Source of the DNA: Mobula birostris
Taxonomy: Eukaryota
Assembly (NCBI RefSeq): GCF_030028105.1
Contig: NC_092371.1
Coordinates: 14,405,884 to 14,469,883 of the forward strand
Direction: 5' to 3'
Length of the DNA: 64,000 bases
Shown here: piece after piece, positions 50,956-63,945 of the stretch
Position numbering within the stretch: position 1 is the stretch's first letter
How the letters are laid out: each line of letters begins with the position of its first letter
The notes under the pieces: generated by a model
Databases searched by the model: none
Told to the model about the DNA's origin: nothing
Seen by the model: the letters and a program-made list of their open reading frames with translations, nothing else
Program-made: the position numbers and the translations under genes

Positions 50956-51660
50956 GTGAACGACCCGAATTTCGAGCAGGGAGGAGCTTGGGCAGCTAGT
51001 TTAGAGGGAATGCTGATCGTTAATTAACTGAAGGAATTTGGTAGAATAAATAAGTGACTTCTAATGCCGGAGGGCATGTATTTAATTTAAAAGGGGGTAG
51101 ATTCGATGGAAATGTGAGTGGTAGATAATGGTGGTGCGGGGATTGCCCTGGGGTGGTGATAGCAGCAGACATATTAGGACTTTTAAAATACGTTTAGATA
51201 GGCCCATTGATGCAGGGAAAATTGACATTGTGTCGGCAGAAGAGTTCAGATTGCCACCTGATTACTAATTGAATTGGTTGGGCACAAAAGGGCCCGTAAC
51301 TGTGCTGTACTGTTCTATATACTACGTCGATATTTTTACTTAACCACAGATAGTCAATAATCAGAGATGGCAGAGGTAGAATTCGGAGGGTAGATTACTC
51401 GGGAAAGAACGCGCGGTAAATTAATTCCTACCCCACCAGGGAATGTAAAACTGGAATGATTTCCAACGGAGTTTTAAGAATGGGATTCAGATAAGAATCA
51501 TGGGATTAGAGAAGCGGGTATTACAATTAACTGCAGAGACTGAGTAAACTGCTCTTTCTGTGTTCCGAAGTCTCAGTTTATAAAAAAGATGGCGCGAGGT
51601 TGAAGTCGCTGTGTCAACCGTGAAAGGACCACATCTGTGATTAAATCTTCCTTTTCTTAG

Positions 51661-51987
51661 TTTGTGTGTCTCAGGCCGCCTTGTTCCAGTCTCCGCCGAT
51701 TCACATCGTCCATCTCGGAGGTCGGGCCATCCTGAATTGTAGCCGGGACCGGGGTGCGCATGCTATTATAAACTGGTATAAACGGAGCAACCAAAGGCAT
51801 CTGCAGTTCGTTTACAGTGTGGGCAGATTCGTGGAAGCGGAGGGGCGGTTCTCGGGGCAGGTGGACGTAAAATCGGCCACTTATTCCCTGGTGATTGAAA
51901 ACGTCCAGCGAAATGATTCTGGGATCTACTTCTGCGCAGATCAGCTCTTCGGCGAGTTCGGCAATGGATCCAATCTAGTGGTCACAG
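51661..51987 (+). CDS. Non-rearranging VJ-C1-TM receptor, exon 2 (germline-fused VJ-type Ig domain)
   Basis: Acceptor cttttcttag|; open 327-nt phase 1-1 exon with LNC, INWY, RFSG, DSGIYFC and J-like FGNGSNLVVT in one exon; donor ACAG|GTAACC; no RSS seen. Confidence 0.92.
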
Positions 51988-52619
51988 GTAACCCGCCGAA
52001 ACAAGTTCAACATTTCTGCTGATGCTGGGACCCTGTTTAAAAGTCCATCACCCCTACTGAGCATAGGAGCTGAAAGCAGCTCACCAGAGTCTTCTGTCAT
52101 GGGCCACTTTCAAATTGTCCCAGTGTATAGCTAATTTTCGAAGGTCCTTCTTCTCGCTGGGAGCTTTTGTTTGCATTACTATAGCACAGGAGTTTTACGG
52201 GATGGGGTTGGGAATCCCATGCCCAACCTTATTTCTTTCGTAGCTGGGCTTAGGACTGTACATGATGGCGTTTGCTGGGGCCCAGAGGGTACGTTGAGAT
52301 TATAATTAATACGTCCAGAAATGAGACGGGAATTTATGGTACTGTTGGAAGTGTGGAGATTAGGTTTGAGCTACAGAGCAATACTGAAGAGGTTAATTCT
52401 CAATTTAATTTAGAGATACAGCACGGCATCAGTCTCTTTCAGTCCAACGATCCCACGCCGCCCATTTACTAGTTAATTTTCACATCGTTAGGATGTGGGA
52501 GGGAATCGGAGTACTCGGAGGAAATCTACGCGTTCTCGTATTAACCCCTTACAGATAGCGACGGCGATTCAACCACAGTTTTACAGTTGGCTCAGTAAAG
52601 CGTTGCCATAACCGCTTCG

Positions 52620-55170
52620 CAACCGTGCCTCCCCTAAAGGTGGTCAGAACAATGGCAGATGAAGTTTAAATCTGAGAAATTTGAGGCGAAGTGCTTTGGA
52701 AGGTCGGGAACAGATATAATGAACGACAGTACAAAAGGCGACTTGGAGAGAAGGTGGTGAAACAAACATACCAAATACTTGTCTTTGATTGCCACGGAAT
52801 AGAATATAAGAGCAAGGAAGTGTGTATATTCAAACTGCGTGACACATTAATCAAACCAAAATTGGAGTTGTGCGGTAAAATTGCAGCCTGGAGGTTAAAC
52901 TATAGCAGGGGCGCGATTGCGCTGGAGAGGATTTTTAAGATCCGGTCAAGAGAGGTTTTTAGTTTAGTGTGTAGGTTACCAATGAGGTACAGAACTGGAT
53001 CGTCAAGAAGTGAATGAAGTTGGTTACAAGACCATAAAATATCTCAGCAGTGTTACGCCTTTCGTCCCATTTAGTCTTCTCAGCCAATTTCTCACTGCAG
53101 ATTTGTTTTCCCTCTCAGCCCCATTTTTCTGCCTTCTCCCCGTGACCTTTGACGCCCTTACTAATTAAGATCTTATCAAGCTCCGCTTTAAATATTCCCA
53201 ATGACTTGGCCTGCGTAGCCCCCTGTGGCAATGAATTCCACAGATACAGGTCTTTGTGGCTCGTCAGTTTGAAGAAGTGTCAGCTGGGGAGATGATTTGG
53301 AATCGTGGCAGTGAATCCACATATTTCAAGTGGTTATGAGAAATAAATGTTGGCATGAACCAGAAATAAATGTTGGCATGAACCAGAAATAAACCTCGTA
53401 AACTGGGCAAATCCATGTTCGTTGGTATTAGACAGGAGCAGGATAGAGTTGAATGGGAGGACCCGCTTACTGGTAAGTCGGTATGTGCATGGAAGGATAA
53501 ATAGTAAGAGCTCAGAGCCAACATGTTCCTGTAAGGGTAAAAGGTAGAGGTGATAATCTTAGAGATCTATGGACGACAAGGTTTTTGAGGATGGATAAAG
53601 ATTAAAAAATGAGGCAGATGGTATGTATAGAAAGTTAAAGACGAGCGAAGCCCCTCCTGGTATAAAAATGCAAGGTAATGCTTAAAAGGCAGATTAACAA
53701 AAGTCACAAAATATCACTGGCAAGCAGATAAAAGTTTATTAAAAGTGTATTAAGAGCGAAAGCTCATCCAAGCAAATACTGGAGCCCATTATGAGCAACG
53801 GCCGAATCTGGCTTTGGAGCTGGAAGATATTGCAGTGGTCGTAAATGAGTACGCTTCATCAGAATTTACAAAGGAAGCGCACCTTGTAGATGGAGGCTTC
53901 AGTGAAGGGAAAGGTGAACTTTTGGTGTAAATCCCAATAAATGAAGAACATGTGGTTGAAGCCGTAGCGGCTTTAAAAGTCGAAAATCACCGGATCTATC
54001 CTAAGCTTCTGCAGCAAGCAAACTGTGGGATTGCTGGTCTTTAAGTGCGATATTGTAAATACTCGCTGGGTACATGTGAGATTCCTGGAAAGTAGGAATT
54101 AGAGTTCCAGGGAAAGCATTGGCAATTATAGACCTATGAATCGAACATCAGTCGTAGCAATCTTAAAAGACTGAACTCCGAGAGATAGGTTTAATAATAT
54201 CTTGGAGTGACAAGGTCTAATCAAAGACAGCCAAGCTGGCTGTGTTAACAGCTGAGCATGTCGGAGCAATCTGATCGAAATTCTTCAAGAAGTCTCCAAT
54301 TCTATGATTTAGACCGTAAAATCAATGTATGTTTTACATGCACTTCATTGAGGCCTCTGACAAGATCCCACATAGACAGCAACCAGGGAAATTTGTCAAA
54401 CGATTCCACATTAGACTGGCAACAAGGGGCAAGGGAAGGTTGGATGCCTGCTACTAGCGGTGTTCCCCGAGAATAGGTAGTGGAACTTTGCTCTTTGAAA
54501 TATTCTTGAACAGTTTAGATTTTTATATAAGAAGCAAGATCAGTAAATTTGTGCAGAAAACAACGAAGGGCGAAATAGTGGATTGTACGGTTAGTGTAAA
54601 AGTTAGTTTTTGTCCAAGGGTTGATACTGAAGTGTTGGTGAAACGAATTATAAATGTTAACCCGGAATAACGTGAGGAGATGCGTTTTGGGAGGGCTAAT
54701 GAGGGAAGGATATGGGAAACATGGAAGTTGAGGAACAAAAGGACCCTGGATTACAAATCCAGTGATCCTTCAAGGTGGCATCGCACGTACATACTGTGAT
54801 TATGACGGCAAATGGATATTGGCCTTTCATTTGTCAGGTTATTGAATAGAGAGGTAGGGAGGTCATAGACCAACTTCATATTACGAGGTAAACAGCAGGA
54901 GGCCCTTCCACATAATTGAGGTGGGCAAACAAGAGAGCATAGGTTTAGTATAAGACAGAAGAGTTTCGGGGGTATCTGAAGAGGACCAGCTGTGAGTATG
55001 TCCTAGAATGGTTGCAGCAGATTTGCTGACAGCATCTAAGAGGTGTCTAGATGTGTTCATTGATGAGTTATACTGAAGGGTCTTAGCTAAGTGCAGGAAG
55101 ATGGGATTAATGTGGATTGGTGCCCACTGGTTGATATGATGAGCTGTATTGTCTGCTTCCCCGCTGTGGG
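52620..55170 (+). mobile_element. Old degenerate CR1 fragments in the V-C intron
   Basis: GIEYKSKEV..LIKPKLE, TSGVPRE, LFEIFLNSL remnants. Confidence 0.65.
53339..53393 (+). repeat. 23-bp tandem duplication
   Basis: AGAAATAAATGTTGGCATGAACC x2 plus a partial copy. Confidence 0.9.
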
Positions 55171-55289
55171 TCTCTATCACAACGATGTCGTTTCGTTTGC
55201 GAGGGTCGGCTATGTACGTTACTTTGCTTTCATTGCGGTGGAGACGGTAAGCTGATAGAAATGTGGAACATTAGCTGAGCTTAATCAGG

Positions 55290-55500
55290 GGAGAATATAC
55301 AATGACCAATTAACCCTATTAACCTTACGATTTTGGACTGTGCGGGGAAACCGGAGCATCCGGAGGAAACCCACGCTTTAAACGGGGAGTGGCGTTTCAC
55401 GGCGACAAACTGCTTACAGTGGAATCCGGAACAGAAATCCAAACTCCCACTCCCAGAGATGTAATAGCATCGCGCTAAACGCTATGCTGCTGCGGCGATG
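55290..55500 (-). mobile_element. V-SINE (HE1-like)
   Basis: ggactgtgcggggaaaccggagcatccggaggaaacccacgc V-domain. Confidence 0.75.
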
Positions 55501-55794
55501 GTAAATGTATCGATAAACCTATACAGAATAAGGATGACAGATTTAGAGAAGGCTTGAAAAAGGATGTTTCTCTCCGAGGGGCGTTGGGATCTCACTTCCT
55601 GAGGGGTGGCGACGCAGCTACTCGCTCAGTTATGTAGACAACTATCACAGACAGAGGGCCTTGTAAACTAGAATTGGCACAGATATGTACTTGACTGCCA
55701 GCACGGAGAAGATGCCAGAATAACCAGTTTCTGAAACCGTGATTAAAATTTGCCTATCCAATTAATACAGCGTTGTTGTGTTTTCCGCATTCAG

Positions 55795-56085
55795 CCCAGC
55801 CTCCCACGATATTCCTGTTACCACCGCAAGCGGATGAAATTCCCCGGATGCAACTGGTGACCTTGATGTGTTTGGTGAGAGGCGTTTCTTTCCATTCCCT
55901 GAACATCCGATGGAACATATCGGGAGATACCAGAGAAGGTCTCGTTGATCCCCCGATATTTGATCCGGAAGGAGGCTACAGCGTTAGCAGCCGCTTCCAG
56001 ATCCCGGCGGAAAGATGGCGTAGCGGCGCCGTCTGTACTTGCGCCACTGGACACCTGGTCAGCGACAGTGTCTCCGCTCAGAAAG
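55795..56085 (+). CDS. Non-rearranging VJ-C1-TM receptor, exon 3 (C1-set domain, IgL/TCR-like)
   Basis: Acceptor gcattcag|; open 291-nt phase 1-1 exon: QPPTIFLLPP, VTLMCLVRG, IRWN, YSVSSRFQIPAERWRSG, VCTC; donor AAAG|GTATCG. Confidence 0.9.
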
Positions 56086-56769
56086 GTATCGTAGAAGCTA
56101 GTGATTCCCATCAGCTTTATGAAGCGAGGCTATTCGGCCCTCTGTGTTTAGACCTAGTATCCAGCTAAATCCCGCTCTCTAGCGCTGTCTCCGTGGCCCT
56201 AACGGCTCTACTGTCGCATTTAAACACTACGGAAATGTGAGCAGAGTTTCTCCTCCCTCCCCACCGATCATTGAAACTCCCACTGCTCTCCGGGTGAAGC
56301 TCTTTCCCTCACTAACTTTATCATCATCACTCAAAACTTACTTTAAATAGGCACCTCTTGGCTTGGCCACTCTGCTAAGGGAAATGTTCAGAATCAATAT
56401 CGGATTCAGATTAATTATCATTGACTTTCTATTCAGAATAATTCATTTTTGTTTCTTCAAAATACAAAGTACATTTATTATCAAAGTAAGTATATGTCAC
56501 GATATACTGCACTGGGATCAGAAACATTCACAGTAGAACAAGAAAGAAATACAGCAGAATTTGTGAAAGGCTATAAATAACGAGGACTGACAAACAACCG
56601 ATGTACAAACGAATTCAAATCCTATAAATAATAAGTCAAAAATAATACTGACTTGTAGAGTCCTTGAAATTACTCGTCTCCCGACATATGATTCCCGATA
56701 AATTTTGGATTAATTTGTCACCTGTACATCGAAAAATATAGTGAACTGTGGCTTTTGCGTCAATTCAAC

Positions 56770-57010
56770 TCAGCGAAAGTATGCTGGGGCAGCCCGCAAA
56801 TGCCGCCACGCTTCCGGCGGCTGCATAGCATGCCTGTAACTTGCTAACCCAAACGCTCCGTCCTTGGAATGTGAGGGCAAACCGGAGCACCCGGAGGAAT
56901 CCCACGTTTTTACCTGGAGAATGTACAATGTCTTTACAGACAGCAGCAGGAATCGAGCCACGATCTTTCAACCTGCACTTTACGTCGTTTCGCTCACCGC
57001 TATGTAATTG
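56770..57010 (-). mobile_element. V-SINE (HE1-like)
   Basis: ggaatgtgagggcaaaccggagcacccggaggaatcccacg V-domain. Confidence 0.75.
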
Positions 57011-58559
57011 CACGGTCATATACATTTCCCATTAGTCTCCTCAGAATTTATATAATGAGAGAAACCGGTTACAAATACGCAGTCCTTTATTCAGCTCATC
57101 ACGATACATAAGTAGTTCAAATGACTGAAAATGACTCATTCACCGCCGACTCTCGGTTGGTAAACCATTCCCCTCTCCAGGCCAACATACCACTTCCCAG
57201 CGTAGGGCGCGCTTAACTTGTGAGCTAGCTGAGACAGATGGAATATTTCTGAACATGCGGGACCCTGTCGGTTCCAGTTTGCCTTTACCCATCAAATTAG
57301 CTATAACCTCAAAAGTTAGCTAAATTTCTGTTTCACACCAAGTAACCGCCGTCGCCCGGATGTATACCTCCATGGGCCGTTTGAACGGACCTCTTGTACG
57401 ATATAAACGATTGTCAGATATGTACATGGATGAAAGGAAAATGGAGGACAATGTAGAAGGGAAGGATGAGACTTATTTTTGAGTTAAAAGATCGGCACAA
57501 CATCGTTATGCCTGTACTGTGCTGGACAGATTTCCGTTCAGTGATCTATTCATCTCGAACTTTAGTCGTCATGGCTCTTGCATCTTGTTTTCACCTACAC
57601 TGCGCCTTCTTTGTAACTGCAATACTTCATTCACCAGTTTCTCCTTTTGTGCTACTCGGTTTTTCATGTGCCATATGATCTGTCTGGATGGCAAACTTTT
57701 CACTGCATCTCGGTTTATGTGATAATAATAAACCTGATACTAATTGCTACAAAATTCCAAGATTTATTGCATTCCAAATTAGACCCCAGACACAAAGGTT
57801 GCAAAGGAAAGTGACCAATCAGATCACTTTCTGTGACATCCCCTCAGACTCTGACAATCCTCAATCTCGTTCTTGATATTGGCCGAGTCAGTCCCGAGAC
57901 ACCCTGTACCAGCTTTCTGACATTTGTATCCCCTTTAACCTTACAGCATAGAAACGGAAATCATACTTGCTTTGATTCTTTGTTGCCACATATGTACCAG
58001 CAAGCTCTTCCTAAGTGAGGGGCAGCGGCAATATGTGGTGGAATGCCACATGATTACGCGGAAAAGTGCACACATTTCGAGAGCTGGATAGAAAACGTGT
58101 CCCTAGAGTCACGAGCTACCTTTACAGCAGAATGGAGCAAGCATATCTGAGGCAGAACGACACACAGCGAATGACATTGGCCAGCACTCGAAGGATAATC
58201 AGAGACCACACTCCCCAAACTTGAAAGAAGTGTTGTAGTAAGGTCCGTTAAAGTTATCGGTATCAACCTGGAGTAGTCTGGAGCAGAGGTGGACGAACAT
58301 GTAAATGCTCCCGGGAGCTCAAGTACCAGTATGGGTTAGTTGGGCCGGATGGCCAGTCCTGTGACGACCAGGGAGCCATTTAGATAGATCTAAGGTCACA
58401 ATTTTCAGAAGGAATAAGAGATTAGAGCATAAGACCACAAGCTCATCGAGTCTTCTCCTCTATTCCATCGTCGTCTTTTCACTATTCCCCTCAGCCCTGT
58501 TCTCCTCCCTTTCCCCGACACCTCTGACGCCCTTGCAAATCGAGATACCATCAACCTCC

Positions 58560-58830
58560 GCCTTTTAGGACCGAGATTAGGAAAAACTTCTTCACACAGA
58601 GAGTGGTGAATCTGTGGAATTCTCTGCCACAGGAAACAGTTGAGGCCAGTTCATTGGCTATATTTAAGAGGGAGTTAGATATGGCCCTTGTGGCTACGGG
58701 GGTCAGGGGGTATGGAAGGAAGGCTGGGGCGGGGTTCTGAGTTGGATGATCAGCCATGTTCATAATAAATGGCGGTGCAGGCTCGAAGGGCCGAATGGCC
58801 TACTCCTGCACCTATTTTCTATGTTTCTAA
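58560..58830 (+). mobile_element. Well-preserved CR1 3' end
   Basis: RKNFFTQRVVNLWNSLP and 3' UTR hairpin/tail. Confidence 0.8.
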
Positions 58831-59353
58831 GTATACCAGTTGTAAGCTCATCTAGCTGCATCATGGGCAACAGTGGCCTCATATCCAGGACACCATCAAA
58901 AGGTCATGCTGCAAAATGGGGCATCTATCAGTATGGACCCCATCACCCAGGACATGCCCTTTCTGCATTTCTGTTCTCAGGATGGAACTATAAGTGTTTG
59001 AAAACACACACTCAAAGTTTTAGGATCAGTTTCTTCTCCTCCACCATCAGACATCTGAATGGTCAATTAACCCATGAACGCTACCTCACCATTTCCCTCT
59101 CATTTTGCACTACTTACTTAATTTGCAGACAGGCAGACACATACATATACTTCTTATTGTAATTTATAGTTTGATTATTGCAATTTACTGCCACAGCAAA
59201 ACAGCAAGTCTCAGGACAAATGCCTGGTTCTGATTTTAATTATTCCTTGATTTTATGTTCAATCTGTTGAGTATTTAGGACCCATAGGCAACAAATGCGA
59301 TTGGAACTAATAGTAAATTACTTTCAATTGAAAATTGTTTCTACATCCTTCAG

Positions 59354-59473
59354 ACAGCCTGCAGGTCGAACTCTGTCATATGCTTACAATTGGCCTGGCG
59401 GCGACACTCGTGTTCCTTGCTGTAGGGGCGTCCATTGTGGCCATTAGGAAGTGTCGGAAGGAACGCGAACCAG
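59354..59473 (+). CDS. Non-rearranging VJ-C1-TM receptor, exon 4 (stalk with Cys, transmembrane helix, basic stop-transfer)
   Basis: Acceptor atccttcag|; 120-nt phase 1-1 exon DSLQVELCH-MLTIGLAATLVFLAVGASIVAI-RKCRKEREP; donor CCAG|GTAATG. Confidence 0.82.
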
Positions 59474-59574
59474 GTAATGTGCTGGCCTTAACATTATCAT
59501 GACCTGAACTTCTCGCCAAAAGGTGAATAATCCCTTTGAAGAAAAGCTCACTTCTAAACATCTCTTTCAATCAG

Positions 59575-59633
59575 TAAAAGGAGAAACGGCAAGCAAAATC
59601 ACCAACACCCGACGAAAGGATCGAGAACGTGAT
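59575..59633 (+). CDS. Non-rearranging VJ-C1-TM receptor, exon 5 (cytoplasmic, VKGETASKITNTRRKDRERD)
   Basis: Acceptor ctttcaatcag| after a 101-nt intron; 59 nt, phase 1 to 0; consensus donor GAT|GTAAGT. Confidence 0.7.
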
Positions 59634-59799
59634 GTAAGTACACTCAATTTCAAGTACACCTGTAAAACCTGCTCATTAATGCGATATCCTGGCGTTTTCA
59701 GGCATACCAGTCTCCAGAGCTTACAAAGATTGGTGCAAAAAAATGCAAACAAACAAGCAAACAGGCAAAATCCAGAGAGTGGCAGTGATGTGGTCATAA

Positions 59800-60000
59800 C
59801 CAAATTGTTAATGAGAGAGGTTAGAGGAGAATGGACAGACTTGTTCAAGCTGACAGGAAGGTGAAAGTAACTTAAATAATCACATGTTATGATTTTGGTG
59901 TCAGAAGACCATCTCTGAGAGGATAAAGCGTCCAAACTTGAAGTGAATGGGCTGCAACAGCAGAATACCACAGCGAGTTCCACTTCTGTACCCAGTAATG
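59800..60000 (+). mobile_element. Tc1/mariner transposase remnant
   Basis: LLMREVRGEWTDLFKLTGR; DNA similar to 17000-17195. Confidence 0.6.
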
Positions 60001-60099
60001 CCATTTACTAGCAGGTAATTGCTTTGCGCTTAGAATAGTACAACACGGGGACACGTCCTTCAGTCTACGATGTGCTATTGAGCTAATTGAGTTAGTAAT

Positions 60100-62900
60100 C
60101 AAATACCCAACTACACTAATCACTCCCGCTTGAAGAATGTCCATATTCTTCAATTTCTAGCAAATCTATGTGCCTATCGGAAAGCCTCTAGAACGGCTCT
60201 ATCGCATTTGCCTCCACCAACACCTTCGGCAGCGAATTCCGGGCTTCTACCATTCTCTGTGTTAAAAAGGGACCCGCACATCTCCTTTGAATTTACCCCA
60301 GTTCAACTTAAGCACATGCCACGTTTCAACAATGTGGAAAAACGATACTGGCTGCCTTTCCTATCTGTGCCTCTCATAGTATGTAAATCGCTGTCAAATA
60401 GCCCCTCAGTCACCGATTTTCCAGAATAAACAACTCAAGTTTGCTTACGTTCAAGTTTAAGTTCAGTTTATTGTCATGTATATCGCCAAGCGGAACAACG
60501 GTCCTCCGGACCAAGTTGCACAACGCAGTACATATAACTTACACACCACACATTAAGTAATATAATCATAATAACCACAAATAAATTAACAAATAATACG
60601 ATGCATACGGCAGAAGTCAAAGGTAAACAGTACAACGCTATTGGCACTTCATACGTGCTGAGACGTGGGTGGTGGCAGGGAGCTTCGTGGTCTTATGGCC
60701 TATAGGAGGAAGTTGTTTCCCACCCTAAAAGTTCTTGTTTTAATGCTCCGGTACCACCTGTCTGATGGTAGGGGATAAGAAAGATTGTTGGAGGAAGGGG
60801 AGGGATTATTGACAATGCGAAGAATTCGTACGTAAGGCAAAACTCTCCTTATATCAGATGCTCTACTTTCCAGATAGCATCCCAGAATACTTCTCTGCAT
60901 TTTTTCCAAAGCCTCAACATCTTTCCTATAATGGAACTGACCAAAATTGAATGCAATACTTCAGATGCAGTCTAACTGCGGGATCTATTAGGCTCCAACA
61001 TTACTTCCAGAGTCTGGAACACATTTCCTTGACAGATCAAGGAAAGAATGCCATGTGCCTTCTGACCACGCCAACAAGCTCTGTCGTTACATTCAGAGAG
61101 ATACGGACTCAACTCCAATATCCATCTGTACGTCACGAGTGTTAAGGAGCTTGTCATTAATAGTGTACTATCCCTTTATAATGCAATAATTATCATTTGA
61201 TGGGATCAAACACCCTCTTATTTGTCCGTATCTGCAACTGGTCTGTATCCTTTGACCGCCTTCTACACTGTCCACAACTTTGGTATCATCTGCAAACTTA
61301 CTACCCCACCCATTTACATTTTCATCAAGGTAATTTATATACATCTCATCTAGCGGAGGTCCCAGTACAGATCCCTGCGAGGCACACCCCTCCAGCTAGA
61401 ATAAGTCCCTCGACTGGTACCCTCTGTCTTCTATGGGCAAGCCTGTTCTGAATCTAAAGGGCCAATTCACCATAAAACTCACGCATTTTAATCTTCGATT
61501 GAGACTCCTATATGAGACCTTGTCAAACGCCTTTTTTAATCCACGTGGACAACATCCATAGCTCTGCCTGCAAGAAATCACCATCGTCACTTCGTCAAAA
61601 GTCTTAATCAAGTTAGGAAGAATCGACGTGCCCCGCACAAAGACAGGTTTTCCAGACACTCATAAATGCGATCGTTAAGAATTATTTCCAGTAACTTCCC
61701 TACTGCTGATGCGAGACTCACCGGTCTATGCTTTTCAAGATTATCCCTATTTCCTTTCAACGTTAGCTACGTACTAATTCTCCGAGACCTCTCCTGTGGC
61801 TGGAGAGGACGCTAAGATATTGGTCAAGCCTCCAGCAATCTCATCTTTTGCCCCTCTTAATAACCCGGCGTATATCGTAACAAGATACCCACTTAATGTT
61901 CTTTAAAAGGCACAGGAATACCTCATTCTTTATTTCATAATGCACAAGCAAATTCGTAGCCTCCACACTGATCTCGGCACTTGTCATATCTTTCTCCTTG
62001 ATATTAAGCACCGAACCACATCCTTCACATCCATTCACGTTACCTCATTTATCATTCAGTTGTTGAACCCGCTCCTAGCTATCATATTGCTCTTGATGTG
62101 TGAATAGAACCACCCGCCCCCCCCCACCCGCGGAATTCTCTTTAATCCGTCTTGCCAATAACTTTTCATGGTCTTCACTGAATTTAATGGTATTTATAAT
62201 ATTCTCATCTACGACTATCTTAAAACCTCTGGAGTTTTGATAACTGTTCCCTCAATGTTCTCCCAGTGAAAAGTCAGTCGCTTGCCCAGGCTCATTATCA
62301 ACCTCCAGTTCAATGTTGCCCCATCTTCTTGTTGGAACATCTGCACATTGATACAGAAACTATTTTGGATTCACCAAGCAAATGTTGCACACTATAATTC
62401 CCTCGCTTTAAAGAGATCCCACTTGATTAGATTAGATTATTAGATTATGAGGACACGCAGTCCTCTTTTATTTTTATTTAGTAATGCACGCATTAAGAAA
62501 TGATACCATATTCCTCCGGTGTGATATCACAGAAACACAGGACAGACCAAGACTGAAAAACTAGCAAAAAAACGCATAATTATAAGATATAGTTACAACA
62601 GTGCAACAATACCATAACTTGATGAAGAACAGCCAATGACACAGTAAAAAAGTTCAAAGTCTCTCGAAGACCCCACATCTCACGCAGACGGGAGAAGGAT
62701 GAAAACTCTCGCTGCCATACCCGACCACAGTCCGTCTCCGAGTCGTCCGAAAACCTCGAGCTCTGATCAACCCTCCGACATGAGTACCGAGCACCATCTC
62801 TATCCGAAAGCTTCGAACTCAGCCTCGGTCGCCGGCAGCAGGCAATCCCGGGGATTTTGGGGCCTTCCATCCGGAGATTCTCGATCGCAGAGTAACAACG
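60100..62900 (-). mobile_element. CR1 and Rex-type LINE fragments in the last intron
   Basis: NLIKTFDEVT..KKAFDKV, ggtggtagggg Rex-type 3' end. Confidence 0.65.
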
Positions 62901-62990
62901 GCAGCGAAACCAGGCATTTCAGAAATTTCTCCGTATTTGGGAAGTTGAAGTTCCCCACAACAACCCGGTTGTTTTAAGAGCTTTGTGTAG

Positions 62991-63017
62991 GATTCATTGT
63001 CCGAAAACAAATTACAG
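62991..63017 (+). CDS. Possible extra 27-nt cytoplasmic micro-exon (DSLSENKLQ)
   Basis: ctttgtgtag| ... CAG|GTACGA, phase 0-0, compatible between exons 5 and 6; sits beside repeats and could be chance. Confidence 0.2.
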
Positions 63018-63329
63018 GTACGACAATAGGCAGAACCTAACAACAAACAATAGACGTCCATGTGACCCGCAGCTGGCCCCTCCCGGTGGGCGGGAGGACT
63101 TTAACCGAGGAGCACTCAGGTTGCCAGACCCACAGCAGCGAACGTAGCCACTGTTGGCGTAATTCCGCAACAGCGGAGTGCAGAGAACTTGGGAAGTCGT
63201 GGAGTTGCGGATGAAAAGAAAGAATACAACAGGGAATGGAATTAGACAGGAAATTTCAGGAGATTTCAGTTGCAGGGAAACAGGTTAAAGAAAAGAGGAT
63301 TACAGATCTGCGAGGAGATAGAGGTTGGA

Positions 63330-63680
63330 GTGTGCTGCATTGATAAAGGAGTTTAGGATTTGGACGAATTAGGCAGATAGCGAAAGTTTTAGAAGGTTAC
63401 ACAGATAAGGGTTTCGAGGCTGGAGGGGTCACACAGAGGGGTATACGGTCTGGAGGGGTTATGCAAATAGACTGCCGTGCAGGTGCCTAAACAGTTACAC
63501 AGAGAGCATTGCAGAGACTGAAGGGAGTTACATAGATAGGGAAGGGCATTGGTGCTGGTGGCGTCAGATGGGGAGGGAGCCAAGGACGATGTAAGGCCGA
63601 AAGATACCGTATTTAAGGAACAACCAGACTTCCACGGGCTGCAGGATATTATGGATATGTTAGGTCCAAGGCTGGACAAG
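63330..63680 (+). repeat. Degenerate purine-rich minisatellite (gaggggttacacagatag-like)
   Basis: Repeated ggttaca..gagata/ggagggg units. Confidence 0.55.
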
Positions 63681-63945
63681 ATTACACAGAGCAGGGACCG
63701 AAGAATAATATGGAAATCGGAAGGACATAACAGGGGCAGGTTCAGCGACCAAAAGAGAGGCCTGCGTTTTGTTGTTGGCTGAAATCAGGCATATTAAAGG
63801 TGAATGAAACACTTTTTTCCATGATATCACATCCCTTTGATCTGGAATTAACGCGTGATTTAGTTGCCCCATACACGCAACCTGGCGAAAAATGGTGCAG
63901 GGTGGGGATTGATGCGGTAACCAATCTCATGCCATTCCCTTACAG

